A stretch of DNA of 64,000 bases from a virus (IMGVR_UViG_3300033070_001288:4841-68840); one strand, 5' to 3'. Numbered from the stretch's first letter, positions 52,933 through 61,872 are shown. The notes: generated by a model from the letters alone, not told the origin. A program made the numbers and translations.

Positions 52933-55900
52933 ATGAGCGATACTAGAACCCAGTCGGTAGAAGACTACCTAGCGTCTATAGGTGTCGATAACTCCAACTC
53001 GACAGTTGGAAAAGTTGTCGAACTGGTCGTATCCGACCCTCTGCCATCGACGTCTGCTGAAGAAGACGCGGTAGCATCCACATCTCTGCCCGAAAATTTC
53101 ACCAAGCCCGAGGCGTCGCCTCAGAAGATCGACGACTACCTTAATATAGAATACGGTCTTAGTGATAGCGTCGGTTCTTCTAATACGTCTCTACAAGACG
53201 CAATAAACGCACTCGATTCTACGCAGCAACAGCAGCAGCAGCAGCTAAACACGCTCGAAACAGAGACGCAGGCGCAGATCCAGTCGATCAACAATGGCTT
53301 GAACGACGAGATCGCCGCGCGCGAGCAGGCGATCTTGCTTGAGCAGCAGGCGCGCGACGACCTTTCAACGTCGGTCACGCAATCGCTGGCGCAGGCGAGC
53401 GCCGACATTGCCGCTGCGCACGCCGCCGCAGATCAGGCCGCGCAAGACGCCGCCAATGCGCTGACGACCGCGCAAGCCGAAATCGCGCAGTCGAGCGCAG
53501 ATGCGGCTGCCGCGCTCGCTACCGCGAAAACCGATCTACAGTCTGCGATCAACGCCACGGCGGGCGACTTGCAGACCGCGATCAACGCGGTGCAGGCGTC
53601 GTCGGACGGCGTCTTGGCGCAACTGAACACCGAGACGACGGCGCGGCAGAGCGCGGACGCTGCGGAGGTCACTGCCCGGCAGACGGCCATCGCTGGCGTT
53701 CAATCTGACATTGGCACGGTCGCGGCGGCGCTGACGACGGAAAGCCAGACGCGGGCGACTAACGACACGGCCGAGACGACCGCGAGGCAAGCTGCCATCG
53801 CAACCGTGCAGGGCAATGTCGATACGGTTTCGGCCGGCCTCGCTAATGAGATCACCTCCCGCGCCAATGCCGACACCGCAGAAACGAACGCGCGCCAGAC
53901 GCAAGTTTCCCAAGTCCAGAACAACGTCGATACGGTCGCGGCTGGCCTTCTAAGCGAATCCTCGACGCGGGCGAGCGCCGATGCAGCGGAAACGTCGGCT
54001 CGCCAGTCGGACGTTTCGAGTCTGCAGGGTCAGATCAACACCACGACGGCGGCGATCACCGCAGAAGCGAATACGCGGGCAACGAACGACACCGCCGAGA
54101 CGAACGCCAGAACGGCGGCCGTTTCGAGCCTGCAAGGCCAGATCAACTCGACCAACGCCGCGCTAACGACCGAGTCCTCGACGCGGGCGACCAACGACGC
54201 CGCTGAGACGTCGGCCCGACAGGCGGCGATTTCGTCGGTGCAGAATGACGTCGCCGCCGCCAATGCGGCGATCACCGCCGAGGCGAACACAAGGGCAAGC
54301 GCGGATAGCGCCGAAACCTCCGCGCGCCAGAGTGCGATTTCGAGCCTGCAAGGCGCGCTCAATACGACCAACGCGGCGCTGGCGGCGGAAGCCACGACGC
54401 GGGCGACGAACGATTCCGCCGAGACCTCGCAGCGGCAGGCGGCGGTCGCCAGTCTGCAAGGCGCGATCAGCGACGCGAACGCGGCGATTGTTTCCGAGGC
54501 GAATACCCGCGCGACGAATGACTCGGCCGAAACCACGGCCCGTCAGGCGGCGGTGTCGTCGTTGCAGGGGCAAATCAACACGACGACCGCCGCGCTCACC
54601 AGCGAGGCGAGCACGAGAGCAAGCGCTGACGCCGCCGAAACATCGGCCCGCACGAGCGCTGTTTCGAGCCTGCAAGGCCAGATCGACAGCGCCAATGCCG
54701 CAATCGCGGGCGAGCAATCGACCCGCGCATCGGCAATCTCGGCGGAAGCGACCGCGCGCCTGACGCTCTCGACGACGCTTTCGGCGCAGGCCAACCAAAA
54801 GCGCACATTCAGGACGGCGACGGAGCCGACATTCGCGGAACTGTTCCCGCCGAATGTGCAGGCTTGCGCGGTCGCCAATCTGAAGCCGAGCGACGGGACA
54901 ACGGGCATCGGCACTTGGACTAACACGGCGCGCACGCTCGCCGATTTCGGCCTCTGGTATGGTGGAACGTGGAACCTGTTAGGCGAGGCGTCAGTCGCCG
55001 TCAGACTTCAAGGCGCATGGACTGGCGCCTATGAGTGCTTCGACCTTAACGATCTCGGCCAATGCCGCGATATTGTTCCCGGTCAACGCTACGAGTTCTC
55101 GGTCTATACCGGCGCGCATCGTTGCCGCGTTTACGCACTCATTTTGTGGTGCGATGCGAGCGACAACTATATCATGTCGTCCGATAGCACGGGCTTTAAC
55201 GGGCTTTATGGCTTGGGAGGCGTCAACGACAGCGAAAAAAATGGCGGCAACTCGCTATCCGATTGGAAGCGCCTTGGCGTCATAGCGCAGGCCCCGGCTG
55301 GCGCAACTGTCGCCCGTCTGGTTGTCCGCGCCGATAATCAGGGCGCGTCCGCCGTCGGCCAGTCCGATCCGTATGTATTCGCCTGCCGTCCCTATTTCGG
55401 CTTGGCGCGCAACGACCAGACCACGTTCACCGACTGGCAACCATTCCAGCCGGCGACATGGATCAAGACGTCCGAAAACAACAAGCCTTATGCGTGGTCG
55501 GGCATTTGGGGCGCGCATTGGGTCGCCGCCGCCGATACGCGGATCGACTCGAACACGACTAACATCTCGCAGCTGTTCTCGTCCACCAACGGCATCGCCG
55601 CCATGTGGGGCGTCCAGATCGACACCAACGGCAAGGTGATAGGTCGTGTCCAGCTCAACGGTTCGGGCGGAACGTCGTCCTTCGACGTTCTGGCGACGTC
55701 GTTCACCGTCTCGATGCCGGGCTATAGCAGCCCGATTTTCGAGGTCGGGAACGTCGGCGGGACACCGAAGATCACGATGCGCGCCGATGTGATTCAGGAT
55801 AATTCCGTCACCGACGGCAAGGTGGCGAACGTCAATCTAAATGCGCCGACGTTCGCCTCGGGCTCGACGTCGGCCAGCGTTACGGTTGCGCTTCGCGGCG

Positions 55901-56199
55901 GGCAGGCCGTGGCGATTATAGCCAAGGTCGCAGGGTTTAAGCTGACGCAGCAGGAAAGTATTTCGGCCGTCCTGAAACAAGGCTCGACAACCCTTGCGTC
56001 GGAATCGCCGACGGTTAGCTCGCTCGACATCATGGCGGCGGGCGGCACGTATCTGGTCGCCCCCGTCGTGCTTCTCGCGAGCTATACGCCGCCGAGCGAT
56101 GGCAACTACACTTTTTCGATCAACGCAGTCAGTGGGTCGGGCGGATGGAGCGTCTATCATCCGGCCACCGCGATCTACGTCGATCGCCCCTACAAGTGA
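52933..56199 (+). CDS. long fibre / host-specificity (J-like C-terminus) protein
   Basis: Coiled-coil repeats, a putative carbohydrate-binding module, and AMWGVQIDTNGKVIG..SSFDVLA (DUF1983/J-like). Confidence 0.7.
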   Translation: MSDTRTQSVEDYLASIGVDNSNSTVGKVVELVVSDPLPSTSAEEDAVASTSLPENFTKPEASPQKIDDYLNIEYGLSDSVGSSNTSLQDAINALDSTQQQQQQQLNTLETETQAQIQSINNGLNDEIAAREQAILLEQQARDDLSTSVTQSLAQASADIAAAHAAADQAAQDAANALTTAQAEIAQSSADAAAALATAKTDLQSAINATAGDLQTAINAVQASSDGVLAQLNTETTARQSADAAEVTARQTAIAGVQSDIGTVAAALTTESQTRATNDTAETTARQAAIATVQGNVDTVSAGLANEITSRANADTAETNARQTQVSQVQNNVDTVAAGLLSESSTRASADAAETSARQSDVSSLQGQINTTTAAITAEANTRATNDTAETNARTAAVSSLQGQINSTNAALTTESSTRATNDAAETSARQAAISSVQNDVAAANAAITAEANTRASADSAETSARQSAISSLQGALNTTNAALAAEATTRATNDSAETSQRQAAVASLQGAISDANAAIVSEANTRATNDSAETTARQAAVSSLQGQINTTTAALTSEASTRASADAAETSARTSAVSSLQGQIDSANAAIAGEQSTRASAISAEATARLTLSTTLSAQANQKRTFRTATEPTFAELFPPNVQACAVANLKPSDGTTGIGTWTNTARTLADFGLWYGGTWNLLGEASVAVRLQGAWTGAYECFDLNDLGQCRDIVPGQRYEFSVYTGAHRCRVYALILWCDASDNYIMSSDSTGFNGLYGLGGVNDSEKNGGNSLSDWKRLGVIAQAPAGATVARLVVRADNQGASAVGQSDPYVFACRPYFGLARNDQTTFTDWQPFQPATWIKTSENNKPYAWSGIWGAHWVAAADTRIDSNTTNISQLFSSTNGIAAMWGVQIDTNGKVIGRVQLNGSGGTSSFDVLATSFTVSMPGYSSPIFEVGNVGGTPKITMRADVIQDNSVTDGKVANVNLNAPTFASGSTSASVTVALRGGQAVAIIAKVAGFKLTQQESISAVLKQGSTTLASESPTVSSLDIMAAGGTYLVAPVVLLASYTPPSDGNYTFSINAVSGSGGWSVYHPATAIYVDRPYK
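53623..54780 (+). repeat. ten full plus one partial 108-bp (36-aa) tandem coding repeats
   Basis: Unit like LTTESQTRATNDTAETTARQAAIATVQGNVDTVSAG; unit 1 starts at 53623 and unit 11 at 54703. Confidence 0.9.
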
Positions 56200-56206
56200 G
56201 GATCGA

Positions 56207-56404
56207 ATGCGCTTCGCAAAGTATGATCCGGACACCGGCGAGATCGTCGGATCAGGAGACGCCGGACCCGAGCACCTCGAGGCTGCTTACGAGCGCGGCG
56301 AGAGCCTAATTCTGCTCAAGACCGAAGACCCCTACGTGTTCGACGGCCTCCGAGTCGATCTAAAAACACTACGAATCGTGAAGGACGAAACAAATGATTC
56401 TTGA
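56207..56404 (+). CDS. small fibre-associated protein (65 aa)
   Basis: GAGG RBS; MRFAKYDPDTGEIVGSG. Confidence 0.65.
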   Translation: MRFAKYDPDTGEIVGSGDAGPEHLEAAYERGESLILLKTEDPYVFDGLRVDLKTLRIVKDETNDS

Positions 56405-56990
56405 AGTTCGACCCGGCTCCGTTCAGTGGGCGACTCCCAGCACAGAGTTCATGATCCATATCGACATTCGCAACGAGGGTGAAACCGACTGGAGACGCTC
56501 GACGATCTCGAAGAACGATCCTTCGCAGGAGTTCGCGGCGCTGTTCGAGCGCGCCATCGCGGAGCCGCCCGAGTTTGGCGCGATTGCCGCCTACGTCGCG
56601 CCGCCCGAACCTGCACCTCCCGGCACCACGCCGCTCGTCTTGCCGCCTGCGCCGACGATACCGCCCGAAGTCGTCTTGCCGCCTGCGCCCGTAGACTGGG
56701 ACGCCGAAGCCACACGATTTATTTCGGCGATATTCACCGTTCGCGGTCAGAACGTGCGCTCGTCTATGAACGTGTGGGCGGTAGCCGTCGCGCTGACGCC
56801 GGAGGCAGACCGTGACTCGTTCGCCGATACCTGCGCTACGATGGTGCCTGCTCTAAACGACTGGGAGGGACTAGTCTTTGCAGAGCGCGACCGCCTCAAG
56901 GCACTTCCCAACTCCGTTCTAACCGACGCTAACTGGCCCGTGCTGCCCGCGGGAGCTCCTCAGTTCATCGAGTGGTGCGCCGAGCCATGA
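56394..56990 (+). CDS. putative fibre assembly protein
   Basis: FGAIAAYVAPP (Tfa-like), Pro-rich linker, C-terminal ANWPVLP. Confidence 0.5.
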   Translation: MILEVRPGSVQWATPSTEFMIHIDIRNEGETDWRRSTISKNDPSQEFAALFERAIAEPPEFGAIAAYVAPPEPAPPGTTPLVLPPAPTIPPEVVLPPAPVDWDAEATRFISAIFTVRGQNVRSSMNVWAVAVALTPEADRDSFADTCATMVPALNDWEGLVFAERDRLKALPNSVLTDANWPVLPAGAPQFIEWCAEP

Positions 56991-57214
56991 AGTACGGATA
57001 CGTAGTGTACGAATCGGAGACTCGCGCAACCTCCCGAGCCGCTGCAGTGGCTACCTCCGGCGACGATGTATGCGTGCCCAGCGACGGCGCGAGCGGCGTA
57101 GCCACTTCGTACATAGTATCCGAGGCCAGCACGCGAGCTACGGCTTTCGACGGAACCCCGTTCTCCGGGATACTGGCGTGCGAGGTGCTAGGGGAGGAAG
57201 AACCGAGTAAATAA
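56987..57214 (+). CDS. hypothetical protein
   Basis: ATGA overlap. Confidence 0.5.
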   Translation: MKYGYVVYESETRATSRAAAVATSGDDVCVPSDGASGVATSYIVSEASTRATAFDGTPFSGILACEVLGEEEPSK

Positions 57215-57242
57215 TACGGGTACGGATAGGGAGAGACTTAAA

Positions 57243-57362
57243 ATGAACGTATCTCAGCTAACTCGCCAGCAGATCGCCTACCGTGCAGTGCTGTGTATGC
57301 GTCTCGTTCCCGTAGTGTTGTTTGCAATCGTAGTGCTACTGGCAGTTCAGGGCACCAACTAG
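57243..57362 (+). CDS. small membrane peptide (39 aa), not in ORF track
   Basis: GGGAG RBS; MNVSQLTRQQIAYRAVLCMRLVPVVLFAIVVLLAVQGTN. Confidence 0.5.
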   Translation: MNVSQLTRQQIAYRAVLCMRLVPVVLFAIVVLLAVQGTN

Positions 57363-57373
57363 GAGAGAGTATC

Positions 57374-57598
57374 ATGAGTATCTTCGTTCTCACTCATAAT
57401 AAGGGCGTACTGAAGATGGTAGGTCCCTTCAAGGCCTACACTTCGGTAGCGTCTATTCAGCAAGCGCAGGTGTGGTGCTCCAAGTGGTTCGCCGAGAACA
57501 TGAAAGACGGCGATATTCCGCAGTGGTGGATCGTCGAGCAAGACCTCGCCGACGGCGCTACCAAGGTTGAGATTCCTCTAGAGGCGCCTACCGCCTGA
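57374..57598 (+). CDS. hypothetical protein (74 aa)
   Basis: AGGAG RBS before the ATG at 57374. Confidence 0.6.
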   Translation: MSIFVLTHNKGVLKMVGPFKAYTSVASIQQAQVWCSKWFAENMKDGDIPQWWIVEQDLADGATKVEIPLEAPTA

Positions 57599-57624
57599 CG
57601 AGCGACTGAACATCAAGCCTACAG

Positions 57625-57660
57625 AGAAGGGCGGGTACCGTGAGGTACCCGCCCTTCTTT
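57625..57660. terminator. bidirectional intrinsic terminator
   Basis: 15-bp stem AGAAGGGCGGGTACC / GTGA / GGTACCCGCCCTTCT plus TT, between convergent blocks. Confidence 0.9.
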
Positions 57661-57683
57661 AGTGCTCATCGAACTACTCGCGC

Positions 57684-57914
57684 TTACTTCTTGCGGCTCT
57701 TGCTCCGGCTTGCCCGCGCCGCCTCCTCTTTCACCTCGGCGATCTTGCTCTCGACCACCTTCTCGACGCGTGCGATGAGGTTCGCCTTGACCTCCTTCGC
57801 GTCTTCGCCGTCCTTCAGGATCAGGCGCTCGCCGTAGTAGACGCGGAAATTCTCGTAGTTGTCTAGCGCCACGAGTCCGCCGACCTCGTACACGACCTCC
57901 TTCAGCTTTGGCAA
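57684..57914 (-). CDS. hypothetical protein (76 aa)
   Basis: AGGAGG-TTG start at 57914; LPKLKEVVYEVGG.. Confidence 0.65.
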   Translation of the reverse strand: MPKLKEVVYEVGGLVALDNYENFRVYYGERLILKDGEDAKEVKANLIARVEKVVESKIAEVKEEAARASRSKSRKK

Positions 57915-58126
57915 GGCGCGCCTCCTGCGGTGATGGCGTCGACTTGCATCGTGCCGTTCTTGCCGAGCTTCGTCGTGAACTCTATCGAGTCTCCCGCCTT
58001 GACCTGCACGCCCGACCGCTCGCAAGCGGAGGCGTGCACGAACACCTCGCGTGCTCCCTCGCACACGATCACGAAGCCGAATCCGCGCTTCGTGTCGAAG
58101 AACTTAACCGTACCCTTCTCAGACAT
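57902..58126 (-). CDS. cold-shock domain protein
   Basis: KGTVKFFDTKRGFGFV (RNP1), EVFVHAS (RNP2). Confidence 0.92.
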   Translation of the reverse strand: MSEKGTVKFFDTKRGFGFVIVCEGAREVFVHASACERSGVQVKAGDSIEFTTKLGKNGTMQVDAITAGGAPCQS

Positions 58127-58538
58127 CGCCCTTCTCCTTCTCGACTTCGAACTTTACTTCGTCGCGCGTAATGATCGCCTTCAGCTGCACGAACTCGATC
58201 TGAGGCGGAACGATCTTCACGAACGCGATCATCCTGTAGGGGTCTGCCACGGGCAGCTTCCAGCAGTACTTCTTCACGACGACTCCTCCGTCGAAGTCTG
58301 CTTCGGTGGGCTCGTAGTAGCTGCACAGTCCGAGGTACCTGTCGCCGTCGCGCGTGCGACGCACGTAGTAGTGCTCTTCCTCGTAGGCGAAGGCCGCAGG
58401 GCCCTTGGGCGCGACACGCGTCTCTAGCGGAGCCTCGAACCTCTCCACCTGCTCGATCACGACGTGGCGAAAGAACATGCACGGATACAGCGCCTCCCAC
58501 GTGCACGCCTCGACTCTTACCTTCGTGTCGCCGATCAC
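58119..58538 (-). CDS. hypothetical protein
   Basis: AGGAG-GTG at 58538, overlapping the exonuclease stop. Confidence 0.6.
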   Translation of the reverse strand: MIGDTKVRVEACTWEALYPCMFFRHVVIEQVERFEAPLETRVAPKGPAAFAYEEEHYYVRRTRDGDRYLGLCSYYEPTEADFDGGVVVKKYCWKLPVADPYRMIAFVKIVPPQIEFVQLKAIITRDEVKFEVEKEKGDV

Positions 58539-59092
58539 GCGATTACTCCTCTGCTCAGCATCTCGATAGCGCGATACGCCTGCCACCGCGCGTCGTGGAG
58601 CGCGTGGTGCTTAACCCGCACCACGCTCGGGTAGCGGTGCGCGACCGACAGCTCGGTCACGTCGGGGTAGAGGGCCTTGAGCGTGCGGAAGCATCGGTGC
58701 TGCCTGAACTCGAAGGGGCACTTCATGCGAGCGTGCCGATAGGCAGACTGCAGGATGACGCAGTCGAAGTCGGCGCCGTTGCCCCACACCTCTGAGACGC
58801 GGTACTCTCGCACGATTTCGGTGAGCTTCGCCAGGGCCTCCTCGATGTGGGTCTTGCCCTCGCGTATCTCCCTGCGGGCATCGTCGCTCTGCCCGAGCCA
58901 CCACCGGAACGTATCGAACGACACGTGGCCGCCGAGGTTCTGGTGCGTCTCGCCGTCTACGCGCAGGTATAGCTCGCTGTAAATCTGACCCTGTCTTGAG
59001 GGGCTCGGCGCGTCGAACACGGCGACCCCTATCGCCGAAATCACCGCGTCGGGTTGGTCTGACGCCGTCTCTAAGTCTACCATCATGTGCAT
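58535..59092 (-). CDS. DEDDh 3'-5' exonuclease (RecE/Rv2179c-like)
   Basis: MVDLET, VWGNGADFD, CFRTL, HHALHDA. Confidence 0.9.
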   Translation of the reverse strand: MHMMVDLETASDQPDAVISAIGVAVFDAPSPSRQGQIYSELYLRVDGETHQNLGGHVSFDTFRWWLGQSDDARREIREGKTHIEEALAKLTEIVREYRVSEVWGNGADFDCVILQSAYRHARMKCPFEFRQHRCFRTLKALYPDVTELSVAHRYPSVVRVKHHALHDARWQAYRAIEMLSRGVIA

Positions 59093-59096
59093 CGAA

Positions 59097-59639
59097 CTAC
59101 TCTCCTTCGTATATGAGAACGTACACTCTGCCGACGCGAACCGTCTCGTATTCGCACCAGGACGGTGGGCGGCGCCGCGTCCACCGCGGGTTGTCGTCGG
59201 TGGGCCACCGCGCGTTGAGGTACTGCCTGTACGCCTGCATCGTCGGGCGCACGTGCGAGAAGTCTAGGCCCAGGCCCGAGTTGCGCGCACAGTTCTCGAA
59301 CGCGGGCCTGCGCAGGCGGTGCGGGACCGCCTTGGCCACGCACCGCCTGAAGTTTTCGTAGTTGTCGCCGAACGACGCGTGCCGCGTGCCGCGCCGGTAT
59401 CGCCACTCGGCGTCGAGTGCCTCGAAGTACTTGATCATCCACAGCAGCGCGCCTTCTCTGCGGAGCCACACGGTTACGGGGTGACCCGCGTGCGTCTTCT
59501 TGTAGCGCACCTTGAAGCCGCGGCGCATCAGCTCTACGCTGATCATCTGCGCCGTCTCGATGTGCATCTTGTTCAGTCGCGCGTCGTCGAGCGCGCGGGC
59601 GCACCTGCGCGGGCTAGTCGATACGGCGAACAGGTTCAC
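59097..59639 (-). CDS. pyrimidine-dimer DNA glycosylase-like protein (Pyr_excise family)
   Basis: VNLFAV..CARALDDARLNKMHIETAQMI..THAGHPVTVW..YRQY..W..RRPPSW. Confidence 0.8.
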   Translation of the reverse strand: MNLFAVSTSPRRCARALDDARLNKMHIETAQMISVELMRRGFKVRYKKTHAGHPVTVWLRREGALLWMIKYFEALDAEWRYRRGTRHASFGDNYENFRRCVAKAVPHRLRRPAFENCARNSGLGLDFSHVRPTMQAYRQYLNARWPTDDNPRWTRRRPPSWCEYETVRVGRVYVLIYEGE

Positions 59640-59688
59640 GCCTTGGTTTCCTCCGTCTCTTCTTGATTTTCTCTGCACAGGTCACGCG

Positions 59689-60030
59689 CTATCTCCTCTT
59701 CGATAGGGCGGCGTTCCAGTCGCTAACGGCATCTTCGACGGTGCCGAAGTTGACCGGGCCCCAGTGGTTGCACTCGACGCAGTAGGGGCGGACGCTGATG
59801 GCGCAGAACTCTACGTCGCCCGACCCGCAGTTGGGGCACAGACGAACGAGGTTCTTCGGGTCTGGCTCGTTGAGCACCTCCGCCACGGCGACCTGGATGG
59901 CCGCACGCTGCTGCGTTTTGTTGGTGTAGCTCGTCGAGCACGACTTCTGAACCGCCCGCGCTATCTCTAGTGCCAGCGCGTCTACGTTCACGGTCCGACT
60001 CGGTAGCGCTACGCTGTGTTCTGCTCTCAT
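59689..60030 (-). CDS. protein with C-terminal Lar-like (restriction alleviation) Zn ribbon
   Basis: CPNCGSGDV..YCVECNHWGP..EDAVSDWN. Confidence 0.5.
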   Translation of the reverse strand: MRAEHSVALPSRTVNVDALALEIARAVQKSCSTSYTNKTQQRAAIQVAVAEVLNEPDPKNLVRLCPNCGSGDVEFCAISVRPYCVECNHWGPVNFGTVEDAVSDWNAALSKRR

Positions 60031-60068
60031 AGAAGTACGCCTCCGTCAGCTGCTAGAGTCTTTACTCG

Positions 60069-60491
60069 CTACATTCGCTTGCAGAAGAAGTCGGCCGTGA
60101 ACAAGTCTTCTCCCACCAGCGGCCCTACGATGCCCGTTTCGTTCAGGGAGGGATCGTGCACGATGCGGTTTCCGCAGCACACTACCGCGTGGTTTGTACC
60201 GTTCGCGCTGGAGCCCACTAGGATGTAGTGGGTGCCGTTAGAGATCGCTCCCAGCTTGTCGAGCGCCTCCTGCACCGTCCCCGTCATCCCGATCGTGAGC
60301 ACGAACAGGCCGTACGGCTCGAGGAAGTCGTTTACGCGACGCGCGACATCGTCGCCGGCTCTACCCTCGTCCCAGAAGTGCGGTACGTCTTCGGGACGAA
60401 GGTCTAGCATGCAGGCGACTGCGGTCCTCCCGCAGTCGCCCCATACGCCGATTTCTGGAATGTGGTACCGCAGCTGCTTGTACGGCGTCAT
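60069..60491 (-). CDS. C39-peptidase-like hypothetical protein
   Basis: GDCGRTAVACML (Cys) and NHAVV..IVHDP (His/Asp); start uncertain. Confidence 0.45.
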   Translation of the reverse strand: MTPYKQLRYHIPEIGVWGDCGRTAVACMLDLRPEDVPHFWDEGRAGDDVARRVNDFLEPYGLFVLTIGMTGTVQEALDKLGAISNGTHYILVGSSANGTNHAVVCCGNRIVHDPSLNETGIVGPLVGEDLFTADFFCKRM

Positions 60492-61024
60492 GCCGCCGGG
60501 TACCCGTTGTACCACACGCCACTATCCCGACGGGGCGCGCGAGCGACGGTGTAGATCGTGTCGATCGGAAACGGCGCCGAGTGCGGTTGGTGCGTGTCGT
60601 CGAGCCAGGTACAGTGCGCGACTCCGTCGAAGACGCGACTTACGATCATGTGGGGACCGCCGCTGCGCAGCGCTACCGTCGCACCTACCTCGATAGGCGT
60701 GTCGCGCAGCTTGATCTTCCGGTAGTCGGTGGCCTGCTCGATTGCGTTGGCGAACCAGCTCATCAGCCAGTCCTCGTCGACTGCGCCGGCTCCGATGCGC
60801 TTCGCCGTACGCGCGAACGCCGCCGCCCACTTGGCGCCGCTGTCGAGGCAGCGGACGTATATGTCGGCCGCGCTCTCTTCGGGCATGCTCGCGTCGGGCA
60901 CGAAGCCCAGTTCTTCGGCGACTTCGCGGGCGAGGAGGTCGGCCTGCTCTGGTGCCAGGCGCTTCGCCAGCACCTCCTCGATTTGTGAGTGGGGTCGCGT
61001 CTTCTTCGATGCAGCGTCGTTCAT
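60488..61024 (-). CDS. hypothetical protein with C-terminal DUF2158/YodC-like domain
   Basis: VGATVALRSGGPHMIV..CTW..FP; AGGAG RBS before the ATG at 61024. Confidence 0.6.
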   Translation of the reverse strand: MNDAASKKTRPHSQIEEVLAKRLAPEQADLLAREVAEELGFVPDASMPEESAADIYVRCLDSGAKWAAAFARTAKRIGAGAVDEDWLMSWFANAIEQATDYRKIKLRDTPIEVGATVALRSGGPHMIVSRVFDGVAHCTWLDDTHQPHSAPFPIDTIYTVARAPRRDSGVWYNGYPAA

Positions 61025-61215
61025 TGCTTCTCTCCTTGATTGAGCCAGGGCCTGCTTCCCGCTACGCACATCGTGAGGTGCGCGCTGTAGACGGTACCCG
61101 AAGGGCAGACGGCCGCCCGCGCCGCCTCCCTCGCGTCTGCGACTCGCAGTACAGTTACTGAGGCGTAGACGAAGAAAGATACTAGAGTGACCGTAATGAT
61201 AACGAGTACCTTCAT
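61021..61215 (-). CDS. small membrane-anchored Cys-pair protein (paralog A)
   Basis: N-terminal TM, then CPSGTVYSAHLTMCVAGSRPW. Confidence 0.7.
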   Translation of the reverse strand: MKVLVIITVTLVSFFVYASVTVLRVADAREAARAAVCPSGTVYSAHLTMCVAGSRPWLNQGEKQ

Positions 61216-61484
61216 CGATTCTCTCCAGCTAAGGCGGCGACTTCGATCTGAAGCAGCTCGCTCTTGATGGTGTTGATGCTAACTTCCATCTGGGTGCGCG
61301 TGAGAGGGTCGAGCGAGTCTTCGGCCAGCAGCGAGTCTACGCGACCGACCAGCTCCGACACGGAGCGCGCCCACTCGTAGGTGAGGCGCTTGTTGCCGTC
61401 TCGCTTCACGAATTCTTTGACCGCCGATACGATCTGATCGACGGCTGCATCTACGGCTTTCTTGTAGCCGGAGTAGTAGCCCAC
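61212..61484 (-). CDS. hypothetical protein (90 aa)
   Basis: GAGGAGG RBS, GTG start. Confidence 0.65.
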   Translation of the reverse strand: MGYYSGYKKAVDAAVDQIVSAVKEFVKRDGNKRLTYEWARSVSELVGRVDSLLAEDSLDPLTRTQMEVSINTIKSELLQIEVAALAGENR

Positions 61485-61494
61485 GCCGACCTCC

Positions 61495-61674
61495 TCAGCT
61501 GGCGCGCAGCGCCGTGAACGACGACGCCGTCGTCCGACCCGCCAGGTAGACGAGGATGAACGCGGCCGCGACGGCGAGGTCGCTTCCGTGGCGATAGAAG
61601 AAGTAGGCCGCCAGCAGCGCCGCTAGGCTCACAAGCAAGTCTACCACGAACAGAATCACGTGAACGATCTTCAT
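61495..61674 (-). CDS. small two-TM protein (59 aa), not in ORF track
   Basis: GAGGAG RBS; MKIVHVILFVVDLLVSLAALLAAYFF..AAFILVYLAG. Confidence 0.65.
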   Translation of the reverse strand: MKIVHVILFVVDLLVSLAALLAAYFFYRHGSDLAVAAAFILVYLAGRTTASSFTALRAS

Positions 61675-61686
61675 CGCAGTCTCTCC

Positions 61687-61854
61687 TCATTTTTCCCAGG
61701 GTCGCGTGCCCACCACGCAGGCGTCGCTTCGTCCTAGATAGACGGTGCCCTCGGGACACTGGCCCTTGTGCACGGCCATCTTGCCGACGCCCAGCGCCGC
61801 GAACGCTAGCAGCACGACTAGCGCCGCGGCCATTAATCCAGTTCCTATGTCCAT
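61687..61854 (-). CDS. small membrane-anchored Cys-pair protein (paralog B, 55 aa), not in ORF track
   Basis: GGAG RBS; TM, then CPEGTVYLGRSDACVVGTRPW. Confidence 0.7.
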   Translation of the reverse strand: MDIGTGLMAAALVVLLAFAALGVGKMAVHKGQCPEGTVYLGRSDACVVGTRPWEK

Positions 61855-61872
61855 GCTAGTTCTCCTTCGAAG

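Noticed and set aside
53623-54780. CRISPR array or diversity-generating retroelement in the fibre region
   Set aside because: The repeats are in-frame, degenerate and spacer-less. No reverse transcriptase or adenine-specific TR/VR pair is visible.
4705-55398. CC(A/T)ATTTC variants at 4705, 5722 and 55392 as promoters
   Set aside because: All lie inside coding regions, have C at the last position and have no nearby downstream start.
9003-57215. GTAAAT(C/A) as a regulatory motif (9003, 11083, 49374, 57211)
   Set aside because: Three of the four are just TAA stop codons followed by AT.
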